From positions 14,409,787 to 14,473,786 of the forward strand of contig MU056000.1 of the NCBI GenBank assembly GCA_013239625.1: 64,000 nucleotides of DNA, in the 5' to 3' direction. Positions 1 to 14,802 of the stretch are shown here, piece after piece. The notes beneath the pieces are model-generated. The model had not been told where the DNA came from. It made no database searches and was given only the letters and a program-made list of their open reading frames with translations. The DNA comes from Lama guanicoe. Taxonomy: Eukaryota. The position numbers and the translations under genes were made by a program. Each line of letters begins with the position of its first letter. Position 1 is the stretch's first letter.

Positions 1-439
1 GACCTAGAGGGATGTGGCAGCCTGGCAGCAGTGTCTCAAGAACATATGCAGATGCTAGGGGTTGGGTGGAAAAGTCAGCAGAAGCCAGCTGCTGATATGC
101 ACAAACATGGGAAAATTCACTGTAAGGATACAGGCAGAGCACTGACACAGCTGTTGCTCCAGCCACGTGACTGATCAACAGTGCTTTTATATGAAGCACG
201 GGAGCTTCTTCATCACCACTTCCCTGCCTCTTGACTTGCTGCACTTCTACCTGTCTACTCACGGACCACTGATCACTGAGGACAGTTATCTAAGATGAAG
301 GAGGGACTCTCTTCTGGTACATTTAAAATTCTACAAAGGAATAAATCTCCTAAGGTAAATACAGGCACTAGAGAGAGATCCTCCAGCGTTCATGGCTCAA
401 ACTACATGAAATCAACAACATTCAAGTGTGCCAGCCTGT

Positions 440-897
440 TAGATTGGTGACCCCTCAGTGAACACCTTGCAGTTATCCCTTCCGACACTTTCTCTGGGCT
501 TGGCTAGAAAATTTGCTTCGGTCAATGGGCATCAGCAAGTGCATGCACAGTAACTTGATAAGCACTTGCATTTTGGGATTTTATCCTCTTAAAAGAGCCC
601 CTCTTGGTATCCCTCTGCCAGGTTATAAGAAATCCTAGGAGATTTTACTGGGGAGAAAGGGGCATATTGAGGGACCCTGGGGGCTGAGACACTGTGTAGA
701 GTAAGAGGTCTCAAGGAGGAGAAGCAGTGTGTCCCAGCTGATTTCTCAGCCGAATGCAACCATACACACTATCCAGCTAATAATAGGAGGAGTAGAATTG
801 CTCTGAAAATCTACAGAATCATAAGAAATAAATTACTCTTGCTTCAAGCTACAAATGTTGGCATGCTTTGGTTACATACTAATATATAACTAATACA
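440..897 (+). mobile_element. ERVL-MaLR (MLT1-type) LTR
   Basis: MLT1-like 3' end: cagaatcataagaaataaatt...ttggttaca...taactaataca. Confidence 0.65.
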
Positions 898-1039
898 GTT
901 TTTGCCCTATGGAAATGGTAATTTCATATGATTCAAACTAAAAACATCAAAATAATACTAATCAAACCACTTTCTGTAGACAGTACTACCAGTTATCCAG
1001 TCCTACGCTGGTTAATGTACCCAGTTAGTGTCTTTCTGA

Positions 1040-1195
1040 GTTAACCCTCCAGTTAACCTGTGCTGTGAGATAGGCATTAATGCATAATCCCAAAGCTGAA
1101 GAAAATGAGTCTCAGAGAGTTCAAGTGGCTTGTCTAAGACCACAAATTCGCAGAGTCATAACCTGAATCCACATTTGCTAGGATTCAGGCTACCC
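1040..1195 (-). mobile_element. MIR SINE
   Basis: Core gaaaatgagtctcagagagttcaagtggcttgtctaagaccaca. Confidence 0.7.
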
Positions 1196-1544
1196 CTTTC
1201 CCTCTCTGCTGCAAATTTTACTTTCTCATAAGGGTCCGTAAACATGACAGCATAAATTGCCATGAGGCTTGTCAATTTGCCAGAGCAAGGACAATGAGTA
1301 CGAGTTATCTGCTTTGTAAAACTGTCGTTGAAAATCCTTTACATCGAAGATGGAGCAGAATAAACTAGTAAAAATAACCCTTCATTCCTCCTATACAAAC
1401 ATGTTCTCCTCTTGAGTGTTAATAGTGAAACCAAGAAAACATTACATCTTTTGGTAACCTGAATGATTGGCATACTTTGACTACTTCAACTTCAGTTGTA
1501 GTGATGAAGAAATACAAATGTACAACTTTCCTAGGTATGATGAC

Positions 1545-1790
1545 AATAGTACAGTGTTGAAAAATTTAGGCTATAGAGCAAAAGTGCCTGATGTAAATTC
1601 TAGTTATTTCCTTTACTGGTTGTGTGACCCTGAGCGAGTTATTTAACCTCTCTGAGTCCTTAGTTTCGTCATCTGTAAAATCATGGAACTAATATTATCT
1701 ACCTCATTAACTTCATTAGTCGTGGAAATTCACACAATCACTATATGTAAAGTGCTAAGAATAGTGCCTAGCATAGAGCCGACTATTATT
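1545..1790 (+). mobile_element. MIR SINE
   Basis: Core tgtgaccctgagcgagttatttaacctctctgag...tcatctgtaaaat...gtaaagtgct. Confidence 0.85.
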
Positions 1791-2941
1791 ATTACTGTTG
1801 TTGTCATTGCTATTAATTTCCTTTTAGGAGTCAAAGTAAACTCATAGTCATGGGTACGAACCCACGCTTAAACGTGTTGTCAGAAGTTTAGTTTCCAAAC
1901 AACTATTTTGTAAAATAAGTACAATGGATTTGACAGAATAAAGGGCTTTATTCATTTAGGAAGTGTGACTTTAATGGTCATTTAACTGTAATAATATAAT
2001 TTTGATAAATAATATATTTTTATGTATCTATTATCTTCTAAGTTCATTCTAGTCCTGGGCATTATAGGCAAAATTATTTTCCAAATAGAGAATAAATAAC
2101 AGTTAAAACAAAAACAAAACAGTGAAAACAGAAACAATGGGAAAAAAATGAAAAGACCAGAGCTTTTGACTTTGACATTGCATCATATTCCACAACAGGG
2201 AGCCTTTCTTTGTGTTTTCACAGGCCTTTTGCTTTACTTTAATATAATATTTAGTGCCTGTTAGAGACATTCATTTGCACACAGTCTTCTCTTTACCTAG
2301 ACTAGTTGTCCTTTGAATCCAGAGACTGCTTCCTCAATACCGTTACTTTTGTGCTGAGATGTGCGCTTAGCACCGAGTTTCAGTTCAGAAACTATCTGCT
2401 GAATGAATGAACAAATAAACTACACGCTGGATGACTCATTCCTCATTAGGCGTATGGCTCTTTTGGTTAATAATGATTTCGCCTAACAAACCTTCCTCAA
2501 AATTTACATTTGGAAACAGTTATTCTTAATTCCTTGGGAACAGATGATGACAGAAACCCAGGGCACTGCAAGGATGAAATGCTTTCAAAACTACTGACTC
2601 TCTGACATAGTTTGAACTTGAGGGAACACTCATCTAGTAACATGAGTCTTCAGAAACCACATAAACATTTTCCAAAATATACACGGAAGCTTTAATAAAG
2701 GCATTGTAATGGATAGGCACCCAGACACAAGGTAAAACAATGAAAGGACCTGTCATGATTTGATTATTAATTTATATCCAGATCATCAGTAGTTTTAAAG
2801 AAATCTCACTGATGTGGTGAAATCAAATACAAGCTTTATTCACTGTATATTCCTCATGTAAAGCAGCTTTGTAAATCTTTTCTTCTGGCTTGTTTTATTC
2901 TTGTATACCTTTTCAACAATCTAAAAAAAAATCTCTCTCAC

Positions 2942-3000
2942 CTAAGCTTAAGGTAGCTAAAATTGTCATTCCGCCTCTGCATATCAGAGATAGTATGTTG
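2942..3000 (-). CDS. Candidate exon E11, 59 nt, (P)TYYL*; stop at 2986-2984
   Basis: Acceptor gctttgtattatcacag|CAA; donor TAG|gtgaga 42 nt after the stop. Confidence 0.35.
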
Positions 3001-3519
3001 CTGTGATAATACAAAGCATGTCAGTTTCTGTGTTTGGCTCTCTGTAATTCTCTGAGCAATTCACACCTCACAGTGATTTTGTCAGGAACGAACTGTTACA
3101 TGTACAGCAAACATCTTGAGGACTTTTATGCCTTAGTAATTAGCTGCTCTAATGAAGATGTTTTACATTGTCTCTTTCCCACTGTTGACTGTAATCAAAA
3201 AATCATTTCTCTTTAGAAATCACAATATCAGAAAATCAGTGTGATTTAGATCAGAAAAAGGAATCCATGGTGTGTTCTAGTGGAGGAGTCGTGGCCTCGG
3301 GTCAGGAGTTACTCCCCTTATACACCTTAATTAGGCTTTGGGCTCTCAGTTGCTTTATTAAAGTTATGCCTCCATTGTCTGAGAGCAAAGAACTAGATCT
3401 TGAAACAGCAAGTTCACTTCCAGATTCAAGTTCTATTAATTTGAATTATACTAATGGGGTTAGTTAAAATAAGAACTATTCATAATTTACTCCATCATTG
3501 TTATATTTATTATATTTCT

Positions 3520-4435
3520 TTCTCAGCTTGATTTCCCAAGAGATACTCAACAATTCTCAATAAATAGCAATTCTACTTATCAATTTCTCAGGCTCAGAAC
3601 CTTGAACTTACTCTTGATTTCGCTTTTCATTACGCACCCCGTATCCAAGTCAATAGGAAGTTCTGTCAACTCTGTCTTCAAAATATTTACTGAATCACAT
3701 CATTTCTTATGACCTTCGCTGCCAACATCCTCAACCACATTTCACAATTTTTGTCATCTAGTATTACAGTTGCATCTTAAATGATCAGTCTACACCCACT
3801 CTTGCCCTCTCCCAGTATACTCACAATGTAGCAATCACAAGGATTCTTTGAAAAACAAATTACCTTATGTCACTCCTCCACCCAATGCACTTCAATGCAC
3901 TCCACTGTCCTCCCCTGTCATTCAGAATAAAAGCCAAAGTCCATGTTCTGACTCCCAAATTCTGTGTGTCTTGGCATCCTCTAGCTCTTTGACCTTATCC
4001 CTGGTGCTCACTTCACTTCAGCCACACCAGACCCCCTGCTGGTCCTCAAACAGCCATATTTCTGTCTGAGGACCCTTCATTCTCGAGGTCCCTTCTGTTG
4101 ATATCTTCAAAGCTCACTTTTCACTTCCTTCAGGTCTCTGCTCAAATATTACTTAATCTGAGAAGATGCCTCTAACCACTTCATGTAAAACAGAGCAATG
4201 CCCATCCTTCTTTTATATGTGTGCTGCTTTTTTTAAAATTGCCTACACCACCTTATGTATAACACACACGCAAATTTGTTATCTGTCACAAACTCCCTCT
4301 TTCACTAGATTCTAAGTACCATGCTAGCAGTAAATTGACCTATTTTAGTCTATTTTACACCTAGTGATTAAAATAGTGCTTGCTTTCAGTTGGCATGTGA
4401 TAAAAATATTGCTGAAGAAAAAAAATGAATGAAAT
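3520..4435 (+). mobile_element. L2 LINE 3' fragment
   Basis: L2 motifs (ccagccacac...tttgctcaaat-like, tagtgct...aatgaatgaa tail). Confidence 0.75.
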
Positions 4436-4529
4436 CATAAGAAGAGAAGAAAGGAAAATGGAAGGGAAAACAAACATGGAAATAGAAAGTAGGAGTTAAG
4501 TAAAATACATCTATTGAAAATCTGTTTTA

Positions 4530-5490
4530 ACAGATGGTGTTGGGAAGCTCATATGCAAAAAGCCAAAGTTGGCCCCTTACCTTATACCACGTTCAAAAAA
4601 TAAATTAAAAATGATCAAATACATAAACATAAGTATTAGAACTCTTAAGAGAAATCATAGAGTAAAAATGTTTATGACACTTCATTTGATAGTGATTTCT
4701 TGGATGTAACACCAAAACACAAGTAACACAAAAGTAACATTATATTTCGTAAAAGTTAAAATATTTTGTACATCAAAATAAAAAAGTGCACTATCAACAG
4801 AGTAAAAAGGCAACTCGCAGAATCGAAAAAAGCATTTGCAAATCATATATCTAACAAAGAATTTATATCTCAAATATATAAAGAATTCTTTTAATTTAAT
4901 AATAACAACAACCAGATAAAAACCAGACAACTCAACTGGAACATGAGGGAAGAACTTGAATAGATATTTCTCCAAAGAAGATATAAAAATGGCCAAAAGT
5001 ACATGAAAATATGTTCAATATCAGTATTATTAGGGAAATGCCAATCAAAACTACAATGAGATATCATGTCACGACCATTAGGAAGGCTATATCATAAAAA
5101 GAAACACAAAACAAAACAAAACCCAGAAAATAACAAGTGTTTGTATGATATGGACAAATTGAAAAACTTGTTCAGTGCTGGTGGGAGTGTAAATGGTGCA
5201 GCCACTCTGGAAAACCACATGGTAATTTGTAGAATTACCATACAATCCAGCACTTCGTCTTCTAGGTGTGTATCTCAAAAGGGAAATCAAGAATTCAGAG
5301 ATATGTGTACACCCATGTTCATAGCAAGATCATTGACAGTGTCCATAAGGTAGAAGTAACCCAAGTGTCTATCAATAGAAAGTTGGATTAACAAAGGTGC
5401 TAAATACATAAAATGGTATCTAATTCAGAGTTTAAAAGGAAGGAAATTCTAACAGATGCTACGACATGGAGAAACCTTAAAAACATTAGA
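4530..5490 (+). mobile_element. L1 (old L1M-type) ORF2 3' fragment
   Basis: agatatttctccaaagaagatata...ggtgggagtgtaaatggtgcagccactctggaaaac. Confidence 0.9.
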
Positions 5491-5534
5491 TCAGACAGAG
5501 GGTGCTGAGACACAATTTTCCCAAAATGACACAC

Positions 5535-5609
5535 GTAAGTTATGAAAGGCTGCTTCCAGCCTAGATGTACGTTGGCTATAAATTCCATGATCACTGCTGT
5601 TTTCTTTGT
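5535..5609 (-). CDS. Candidate exon E10, 75 nt, (D)KENSSDHGIYSQRTSRLEAAFHNL
   Basis: Long polypyrimidine acceptor tttctttctttatttccttgtttatttcag|ACA; donor TAC|gtgtgt; open, phase 1-1. Confidence 0.55.
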
Positions 5610-7769
5610 CTGAAATAAACAAGGAAATAAAGAAAGAAAAGAAGGCTCTAATGCACGCCAGCTCCGATGTGATTTTAAAGTAATGCAAGAACTACGATAT
5701 TTTTTCTTTAATTTTGAGCTGTTCCCTAAAATGCTATGTAATTTGTTGCAATAAGTTTGTTAATGTGTGTAATCAAGAGTCTGAGAAGTTGAACTTTGAG
5801 CATATTGTACTTTTTCAGGTTAACACCAAAATAGCAACCATTAGCATTGTTTTTTGAACAGTATGTTTATAATAAAATACATATGGCCTCAGATGTTAGA
5901 GACTTTTCTTAAAAATGAAAATATATGCTTAATGAAAATAACCAATATTCCAAAGCTTATTAAATATATAAATATATGCTAGAATTAGAATATAAAAATT
6001 TTATGTCCTAAAAGTTGTCAACCAGATAGAGAAAGCAGATACGTGAACCATTAAAATAAAAATGCCTTGCTGTGAAATGTCACACACCGAAGTAACTAAC
6101 AAATATTTATGATACTTGAATTTGTGTATTGTACCTTGTTATCCCTATTATATCTTTGTAATGATAACTTTTCCAATAAAATAAAATATTCTATTAAAAA
6201 ACCCCTCTATTTATCGAATACATGGCCAAAGAGTATCCTTAATTTCTAGTATGGCAATGATTTAAGAAACCCCAATTTGAAGCTGTAGAGAACCAGTGTG
6301 TCTCAGAAGACTGAAATATCTGACTCAAATTCAGCCAGTCAAATAAACATTAGAGAATGATTCGCTTATTAGAATTTCTATAGTCTACCGATCACTTCCA
6401 ATTATCCATGTCAGTCAGTCTTACTCCAGAACGACATTTCCCCTAGCCACATTAGCATCATGCTTGACGTTTTTTCAATTTCTTAATCATCATTTTATTC
6501 ATTGTCATCATCGTTCTCATCATCCTCATCAACCTCATCATTGTAATGTTCTAAATGAACCACTCACTACGTTTCAGGAACTGTGCTAAGTACTCCATAC
6601 ACTCCTCTGAGAAGGAGATTATTGTTCCTTTTTTGCTGGCCCAGAGCTTAAATAGCTTGTTTAAAATCAAGCAGATGGTAAATAGTGGGAGTGACATTGT
6701 GAATCCAGCTCCCACTGACTTATCACAATGTTCTCTTCAGAAATTTCCATTTACTCATTTCCTTGCTTATGGGTCTGACCCAAGTACAGAACTAATTTAC
6801 AACCTAGGCTCTTGGAGCTATTTTAGTTCTCCGCTTTTCTTATTTTGGAAAAAAAAAGTGCTTTAACTTCTTTCCTTTTTATGTTAAACACGTCCCAGTG
6901 TCTGAAGGATTGTCCTCACAGCTGGTAGAAGTGCATTTCTCCAAATGAGTTCTCAATCACCTTCTTCCCACTTCCTTTGGGTCACTGCTGCACTTGATTT
7001 CTTCCCTGTGTCTTTAGCTGCTTGCCTTTTACTGGTGTCTTCTTCATTCCTCAGGATGGTGAATCTCCTGGTTAATATCTTGTTGCTGGCATTTCTATTC
7101 AGCCAATTGTAAAGAATTCCCATCTATGCCACTTAAATAGCTTTAGAAGAATATTGTAAAAATTATTTCCTAATGTTCAAGTCACATGACCTATTTTTGA
7201 TCATTATTTCAATATTCTTCATCATTGGAGTGTAATGGTCACTCTCCTCTTCTTAAAGTAGACTTCTTTACTTTCCTTAATACAATCATCTTCTTATTTT
7301 CCTGATATTTAATGATACCTTTTCTTTTTACACCGAAAGTTGATGTTGGTGGATGTGTCCTTCTATTCATTATCCACATCATCTACACAGACATTCATTC
7401 TCGTGGCTTTTAAAATCCCATATAATGGAAGACATTCAAATGACAATAGTCAACTCTCCTGCAGAACTCAATATTATTATCTCCACATGACAAATGAGAA
7501 AACCGAGGCACATCGAGGATAAGTTACTGACAAAAGGGCATAAAGCTAGTAAGAGTACCCAAGGAGGGTTATAAGCAAAATAAAACAAAGAACCAAAGAT
7601 TGTCTGGTTCTAAGCACAGTTTCTGCCACACTCTTTCACATTAAATTAGCCATTCCAAGACTGAACTTACATTACCTCAGCACTTTCCTTTTACCTCAAA
7701 TGCCCAGCTCAGCTGTTAACTCTGCCAGTTATTTATTTGCTGTCTCTCAGTTCTGTACATACTGCTCCA

Positions 7770-8363
7770 TGTGTTCTATATATGCTTTCTCTATATTCAA
7801 ATCTATATAAATATATACCACCCTCTCTATACTGTTCTTGGTTGCTGGGCTGGGCCTCTGCAGACTGAATTTCTCACACTCCTTTACCCTCTGACTTCCT
7901 GTTGTATTTGGCCATATGGAAGCCTGAGGGGATGGGTTGAATGTAGCAGTTAGGGAGAAGACTCTTCTTCATGTGGATTCTCTGTTGGCATCAATGCAAT
8001 AACAACAAAGTGTAGACTCAGCCCCTAGCTTCTTCAACTGCTCTATGCATTAGATTTGTTGAGTCCTCTTAGATGGAAAAGCAACAGCTAGGGAGGGCTT
8101 TCCTCAGAAGTCCAAGTGCAAACAGGGCTGAGTTCTGCCCTAAAAGAATGAACAACAGCCCTGCAGGATTTGTTCTCGAAACCCTAGGTTCTCATTACGT
8201 GACTTTTCAGCTATGGGGTTGAAAGCAATTTCTTGCAGTACCTCAGTGTGCTCATTACTTTTACAGCCTACCAACCTCTATGTAACCAATGGTCTCTCTT
8301 AATGTTTCTTGGCTTAAAATATTAAGTATGTTTTCTGGTTTCCTGACTGAACCCTGACAGATA
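7770..8363 (+). mobile_element. ERVL LTR (LTR16/LTR33-like) inserted in L2/MIR remnants
   Basis: 3' end tttcctgactgaaccctgacagatac; flanked by degraded L2 sequence (about 6950-9045). Confidence 0.5.
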
Positions 8364-11299
8364 CTCTAACTGCAGCACTGCCTCAGAATCTACCTTTATC
8401 CCCGCTGCCCTCCTCACTGTATCAACCAAATCCCATCAACTGTACCTGGCTGGTATCTCTTCAACTTGTCCCATCTCCCAGCGGCTGCATTAGTTCTCAT
8501 TATTTTTAAATCAACCTTCTAGGTTGTATAAATCTTCTATCTGGAGATTTCCACAGCACTATCCTTGTATCCTTCAAGAATACACTTCATACTTGTTTCC
8601 ATATTGCTAAATGAAAATGAAAATATTTGATAACACCGTAACTACCATGGAAGTCTCCTGAGCTACAGCAGAAATTAAAATCTTAACAGGGGATATGAGG
8701 TCGTTCACCACCAACTGTATCTGATATCTTTCCCTCCTGCTATATACTCCAAAATTACTAGCATTCTCTTTAAAATCCTTTTCTATTTCTGGCAAGCACA
8801 TATACTAATCCTCTGAGATCTAACAGAAAATGTTCCACCGAAAGAATGAGTTTCGGGATTCTCTCTGCTTCCGCAGCACCATATGTCATACGTCTACCTT
8901 TGTACTTATTACTTCTGCATTTCTCAACCCGTATTTCACTAGTGTTTATAGCAAGAATAGCTCACGTATTGTTTCATTTCTGTAAGTCTGAACTTTTGCA
9001 GTGTGTTTTAAGTACTAAAATGTGTTCATTGAATGAGTTAATGACTTTAAACGATTATTTTATTAATTAATCATGAAAAAAATGAGAAAAATGTGATATG
9101 CTACATTGGTTTGTATAATCCGAAGTTCATCTACTTCTGTTAAATACTTGCTCAAAAATGAGTAATCACTGATGCCTGGGAAAAGACAAAATGTTACTTC
9201 ATCCAGTACCTTCCACTCAGTAACGCTGCTTCACTTTCATTTGTACTTCTAGCCACACTACCTACAAGCCTTTGCACCAATAAAACAGCATGTTGTGCTT
9301 GTGTTAGATTTCTCTCGTGTTTATGTCTGTTCAGACTGTTCTTTCTGTCCTGAATTGACCCATAGGTCATGTGAGGTTAACCAATGGTTAAGTTGATCAG
9401 AGTGACACTATAAGCATGGAGTGCCACAGGCAAATTAAATTTACAAAAAAAGACACCGCAGCATTGATGTTTACATGTGTAAATCTAAAGTCGCTGTTGG
9501 AAGAGCTGGCTAAAGAGGCAGAGATTCTGAACTGATATATGAGCATAATAGAGTCATGAATGTTGGTGGGCTGATGAGGAAGAGGGAATGAACAAGAGCT
9601 ACAAATGGAATTGATCACCTATTACATTTGGTATGATTTTCCATTTATACTCTATGTAGGATATTCATAAACTTTGAAGCAAAGTTAAACAATGAGGGGT
9701 TTGCCTCTTACCCATCAAGATGTAAGGCAGATGTTCTGCAACAGTTAACACTTCCTTTAGTGCTAGAAGGGACACAGATGATCTGGCGTGCCAGGAGGGA
9801 CTTTTTACCTTCCCACATCACCCTTACCTGGATTTGTTCTCCTGAGACTAAAAGGCAATTTCAGATTTGCATTTCATCACCATAACTTTAAGCCTGATTT
9901 AATTTTTCTCCCTCTAGGTTTGTTATCCTTGTTAAAATTGTCAGATCAACTTCAACTGTTTATTTTCAATAGGCTGCTTGCCAAGTCTGTAGTTGGTCTG
10001 ATTAATAAATTAAATACCTGTGATTTTTTAAACTCCTATATTATAAAGGAAAGTAGAAAGACCCGACACTGTAACTGCAATGCTAAAAGTCTAATAAGTA
10101 ATACACAGAAGTCTACAGATGCCTACATCTTATTGAGAAGTAGCCAGTTTTAAGTGAATCTGATCATCATTATAGCCTGAGAACTATATTTCATGAACAG
10201 CATAGCGGCCACTGAAACGTAAAAATCAGTTCCTTGAAGTTATTTATTGTTTACTCTTAGTACAAAAAAATGAATTTTAGTGTTTTAAGCATGTAAAATT
10301 ATTCACTGTTTGAAAGCATTTAATATCACCCATATTTATTTATATTATATCTCTATGCTCTCTATACCTAGATAATATGGATTCTATTTTTCTCCTTCTC
10401 AATGGTGAATTCCATCGGAGAGTAACTGATTACAGTATAGTCTAACATTTTATTAACTACAAGTATCTGAGAAAATTGTTTGTAAGCTTACATGCACATT
10501 ATAACCCCTGGGAGCAAAGTTTATAAAATGGAATCAGTGCAAGCAAAATAATTATATAAAATTATGAATGATGGCCAGATTCCTTGACTCTATACATAGA
10601 CTCCTTGGAATATCTATAGTTGAATATATTAAAATAGTGTAGTAGATTTTAGTCAATGAATAAATATCTTAACTTTGATTTTGTTTTTCTTCCCAAAATT
10701 TAAGAATGACAAAATATTATACATTTTAAAATTCTAACAGAAGGTAAAATATGTATATATAAATAGTCTAACTAATAATTTGACAAGTAAATAGAATATA
10801 CTAGGATATATTTAACTCAAGGGGTTCATAATAGAGGCTACATCCTTTGAAAGTTAGTTTATAATTTATCAGGGAGCCTTTGTAAATACTGAATCACTGT
10901 TACGCACTTAAAGGGAGGTTTGCAGATTCTTGAAACTGAAAAATTTAGGAAATTGCAAACTTCCAATAATTTAACAAAATCAAAAGCAGGTTGAAATCAG
11001 ATGATTAGGAATGTGTTGACCATTATGGGATAGCATGACAATTTATTTTCCTTCTTAAAAGATATAGACATCTGTTCATCTTCGAAGTCAATGAGTAACA
11101 GATGACTGTACATCTGTTTGCATACAAAGTGAGAGACTTGAGAGGCAGGGTGTTGTTTTTAGGATTTGTTTTGGTCGGTTATTTTTCACTATAATTTTCC
11201 TTTGTGACAATCAGCTCAACAACATTATTTTGATGGATTCCAGAATATATTCCCATGATAGCTCATAGTTACACTTCTCACTAATTTTCCAGACAATAG

Positions 11300-11500
11300 C
11301 TGAAATTCTGTACCTCTATTAGCTTCTTTAATAATCATAGATAACTATTAGACAGAAACTCTTCTGATTGCTGTTTAACAAATGAGAGACGGAAGTACAG
11401 AGAGGTAAAGGTATTGCCCAAGGTCACACAGCTAATATGTGGGGGAATCCAGAAATTAAATGCAGGTAATCTGACTCTGGGATCTCTGTCCTCAGACATT
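11300..11500 (-). mobile_element. MIR SINE
   Basis: cagagaggtaaaggtattgcccaaggtcacacagctaat. Confidence 0.8.
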
Positions 11501-13057
11501 ACCCATCTCTATCTCTCAGTGAAGATCACTGTAGTCCTGGTAAAATTAAGTCAATTGTTTCTGCGTGGAGAAAAATAGCTTCAAATGAAATCAGAGTTTT
11601 GCCTAACAGCGATATGCCAATAAATAGGAATTTTAGAAGATAATATTTCTATGAGAACATTGTCAATTGGATTACGTATTGAGCACTTAATCAAAAAGTA
11701 AATGTAGGTACTTTGAAGCCCACACTCTTTCATGAAGCTTGGTTACGTGTTGACTCAATTCACAGCTTTAGCTACCTCTTCCACAAATTCCTCTGAAATG
11801 CAGTACTTTTATAGTCGCCTGAAATTTTGCCACATAAACTTTATAAAGCCATAGAAGGGTTCTGTAGCACCAAGTTTTGCGCATTTTAGTGTTGGCCTGG
11901 GGAAAGGAGAGCTTAACCTCCGGAAGTGAAAATGGCAAAGCACAAGGTTCACTCCCCTCGTCTTCCCTTCTCTTGCATTGTACAGCTTTTTAATAGCAAG
12001 ATGCAGTAAATGAATAAAACTTTCTAGATAATAAATCAAAATATATCAAGGAAAATAATTCTGTCTCAATAGAAACTGATAAAAACGTTTCTATTGGTTT
12101 AATTTTAAGGGTTATACAAATACGCAACCTTCCCAAACACCGTTGACATGAAAATTAATGGACTCATGAAGTTATAGTTGGAGGAAGCAGAGAATTCCTT
12201 TACACAAATGCCATTCACAGTGGCAATGATCATGATTTTGTCCTGGGGCATCATCTAGCCAATCTTGCTATTTGCTATTGCTAAGTCCTGAAAATTTGGC
12301 ATGACGTTTAATTCTGGCAATGATTAAATCCAGACAACTGTATGATGGTTTAGAGAGCAAAATGTATTACATGTAGTATAAATGTAAACAGGGAATATTT
12401 AAATGCAAGATTAGAAAAGCAGTGCTGTAATTCTAGAACCAGGTAACTTGTTTGCTAAATTCTAAAGGAACAAATTCTTTTTATAAACATGACACAGAAC
12501 ATTTCATTAAATCAGAGAATTTCCTCAGACATGCAGCCTTTCTTGAATGTAAGTAGGTAAACATATCACCTTCAGTCCTATTTTCAGTGAACGATAAGAA
12601 TCAAGGAGAGGGAATCTATTCTTTGAAAACATCAGATTTTGAGGCATAGTGGATTGAACATCAAGCTTCAGATCAGCAATCAGGTGTAATTGCTGGCTCT
12701 TTTGCTTACTAACTATGAGTTTCAGAAAGAACATGTGGCTTGAATATAAGTATCAGTGAATGGATTTTAAAATTTCCCCAGGACTCTGCCCACATGCCAA
12801 AAAGATGTGATAATACTTGCTCTATGTGACATGTCATGTAATATTCAATATCTCAGGAAATACTGTAATTGAAAGTTCTTTGTAAATGAGCAAGTGCTTT
12901 ACAGATGTAGCTGATTATTATTACTCATCTGTGGTATTTTATATCAAAAAGGAAAGCATGCATATTTACAAGGGCCTTACTAAACTATAAAAGCACTCTT
13001 TTTTTCCGTGATTTAAAATGAAGTGTATTTATTATCATTGTTTACCTCTATCCTAAT

Positions 13058-13489
13058 TGTATTAGCTTCTCAAGGCTGATGTAACAAAATACCACAAACT
13101 GGGGGGTTTAAAACAGACATGCATTGTCTCACGGCTCTGTGGCTAGAAGTCTGAGGTTAAGGTGTCAGTAGAGCCATACTCCCTCTGAAGACTCCTTCCT
13201 TGCCTCTTCTAGTTTCTGACATTTGCCAGCAATCCTTGCTTTTCCTTGGTTTGTAGATACATCACCCAGACTCCCGTTCCCCTGTCACATGGATATCTTC
13301 TCCTGTGTGTCTCTGTCTTTACATGGCGTTTTTCTCTTCTTGGATTGGGATTAAGACCTCTCTAATGACCTCATCTTATTTTGATCACATCCACAAGGAT
13401 CCTATTTTTAAATAAGGTCACATTTTCAGAGGTTAAGGCTTCAATATGCCATCATTTTTATGTGTGCAAACACAATTTAATATTTAACA
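13058..13489 (-). mobile_element. MLT1 (MaLR) solo LTR
   Basis: tgtattagc...gtaacaaaataccacaaactgg...tctaatgacctcat...aaataaggtcacatt. Confidence 0.85.
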
Positions 13490-14802
13490 GTAGTGAATTC
13501 AGGACAGATATGCATATGCAGATGAAGTAATACATACTTAGAGGGTTTTTTTTTCAGTGTTTATTTAATACTCTATATGTGCAAAAGCCTACACATATCC
13601 TTTGGTTCACAAAATGTAAAATAGCTATGTATAACCATAATTTTAAACAAGTATTTTAGGATAAAATATTAAAATATAGTACATTAATGCATGTACTATA
13701 TAAAATATAGTACATTAATAAATTGCTTTTTTTCTGTTATAGAGTAAATAATAGAATGGGTTAAGCAAGTAAGATACCCAAATCAGGTAGAACTTGACCT
13801 TGACATTGGATTTGCTATAATGTGACTAGGAAGGACAGACAGAGAAGCACATAGTGAAAGAGAAAAAGTTTTGAGAATAAAATAATCAAAGTGTTTCAGG
13901 GAATAAAGGTGATGGCCTGACTCACAGGAAGATATTTAAAGATAAGCACTGGGGATACATTCAGGTAAGTTAGAGGCAATTCAACAAAAATGGGAAAAAA
14001 TTTGAACTTGATTCCAGAAGCGTTTGGGAAGCCCTGATAAATACTACTAGAGGACAGTAGCAGGATGCAAAAAAAGACCTCGGGGACAGAAAGTGCAACA
14101 AGAAGGCTACTGCATTAATTCAGTTCTGCAGGCTTCTAGGGATTGCTTATGCCTGCAAACTGTGTGCCGACGTTTTCTGGAATATTGCAGTAAATTCACA
14201 GAGAAGTGCATCCTCTCCTGAGTAACTTCACAGAGGGGAGCACCCTAGGATGTTTTAAATTTCAAGAGAGACATAGGGACATCTATAAGAAATCCAACAA
14301 TGTACTTACTCTCAGGATAGTTAGACATACTTCTTTATTGAACAGAACTATTAGGGCTTGGGCCTAGGGCTGCTATAAAAAAATTACTGAAACATTAATA
14401 TAGTCATGAACCCAAACAGCTTAGAAATCTCTAGCTCATTAATTAAATTAATGAATGCTCTTTCACTTGATCTGCAGCTCTGTATAATTTTCTGCACTCC
14501 TAAATATCTTTTGCATCTTCCTCATTTAGATTATTCTTGATTATAATCCCACATTTTTCTATGTTGCTCTGGCATGAAACTAGTCAAACTTTTTTTTTTT
14601 CCCTCTGATGTTTTTGATGGTGAAGACTAAGGAAAAGACATTTTGTTCAAATGTAGTGATCTCTACTTTTCCTTTAAAAAATTTTACTCTCCTATATTCA
14701 GGTCCTTTGAGGATTTTGCTAGAAGTAGTTCCAATATTACTGTTGTTACTGTTATATTTTAACATTTCCCATTAGCTCTCACTTTCTAGTTTAATATACA
14801 TA

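Noticed and set aside
263..330. Minus-strand 68-nt exon-like segment (ttgtag|...|gtgagt)
   Set aside because: Stops in all three frames and no other support; at most a non-coding 3' exon.
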